From positions 1 to 6,177 of the IMG/VR virus record IMGVR_UViG_3300029815_000172: a stretch of DNA of 6,177 nt; one strand, written 5' to 3'. Below the pieces are notes generated by a model, which was not told where the DNA came from, searched no databases, and saw only the letters and a program-made list of their open reading frames with translations. Made by a program: the position numbers and the translations under genes. Shown piece by piece: positions 5,889 through 6,177 of the stretch. The number at the start of each line of letters is the position of its first letter. The stretch's first letter is position 1. This DNA comes from a virus.

Positions 5889-6177
5889 ATGAAAGTAAGT
5901 ATCGGAAAAAACACCCTCGGAGGTGGTAAAAAAATGATGACACGGTTGAATAATTACAACCGTAGTACACATGATTTGAGTACAGTTGTAAGAACAACGG
6001 CGGCCGTAGGAACTTTAATACCAACATTGAAATTATTAATGCAACCTGGTGACACTTTTCCTATCGAGACCAGGTGTCACACATTAACACACCCAACGGT
6101 CGGACCATTGTTCGGAAGCTTTAAACAACAAAACGATTTCTTTTTCTGTCCTATTCGTCTATATAACGCAATGCTGC
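5889..6177 (+). CDS. VP1: Major capsid protein (VP1 / phiX174 F-like), 5' part. The ORF runs off the window end and continues in frame at 1..1859, because 6079..6177 duplicates 1..99. Full CDS is 5889 -> junction -> 1859: 2049 nt, 682 aa.
   Basis: ATG at 5889. The translation begins MKVSIGKNTLGGGKKMMTRLNNYNRSTHDLSTVVRTTAAVGTLIPTLKLLMQPGDTFPIETRCHTLTHPTVGPLFGSF. Compare the phiX174 F N-terminus (...HDLSH...TISTTPVIAGDSFEM...FTFYVPHRHVY): an HDLS motif, a Thr/Ala-rich segment, a GD(T/S)F motif, and FFCPIRLY against FTFYVPHRHVY. The frame is continuous across 6078/1, since 6078 is divisible by 3, and reaches the 609-codon ORF of the track. Confidence 0.9.
   Translation, partial: MKVSIGKNTLGGGKKMMTRLNNYNRSTHDLSTVVRTTAAVGTLIPTLKLLMQPGDTFPIETRCHTLTHPTVGPLFGSFKQQNDFFFCPIRLYNAML
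6079..6177. repeat. Terminal redundancy: exact copy of 1..99.
   Basis: As above. Confidence 0.95.

Noticed and set aside
1-6177. CRISPR arrays, rRNA/tRNA genes, transposase/IS elements, integrase or toxin-antitoxin genes
   Set aside because: None visible. No regularly spaced repeats. No large ORF beyond VP1/VP2/VP4. No tyrosine or serine recombinase gene, and the genome has no room for one. If the phage is temperate, integration would have to rely on host Xer-type recombinases.

Overview
The window holds one complete, circularly permuted Microviridae-like ssDNA phage genome. The first 99 nt (1..99) are repeated exactly at 6079..6177, so the unit length is 6078 nt and the window is genome plus a 99-nt terminal redundancy. 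This is most simply a circular-contig assembly overlap. All convincing genes are on the + strand. The coding strand is A-rich and AT-rich. Genes are tightly packed, with stop/start spacings of 1 to 10 nt. All of this is typical of Microviridae.

Gene order, + strand:
- Major capsid protein VP1/F-like: starts at 5889, crosses the circular junction, stops at 1859 (682 aa).
- A 112-aa acidic-tailed hypothetical protein: 1869..2207.
- Non-coding gap 2208..2355, containing a terminator-like hairpin followed by a T-run, and a second hairpin.
- VP2/H-like pilot (minor capsid) protein: 2356..3489.
- VP4 rolling-circle Rep: 3491..4624, with rolling-circle replication (RCR) motifs I, II and III.
- Non-coding gap 4625..4877, about 253 nt, containing a sharply GC-rich island (about 62% G+C) bracketed by an exact 11-bp direct repeat, a GC hairpin, and two iteron-like 13-bp direct repeats 21 bp apart.
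- Four small translationally coupled ORFs 4878..5877 with no family I recognise. One of them is a 72-aa single-pass membrane protein.

Genome size (6.1 kb) and VP1 length point to an Alpavirinae-like or gut-associated microvirus lineage rather than Gokushovirinae. This is inference. I see no recognisable endolysin or peptidase gene.

The most interesting things to check are the GC-rich, repeat-flanked island (possible ori, att/dif-like site or inserted element), the iterons, and the small-ORF cassette including a candidate single-gene lysis protein.
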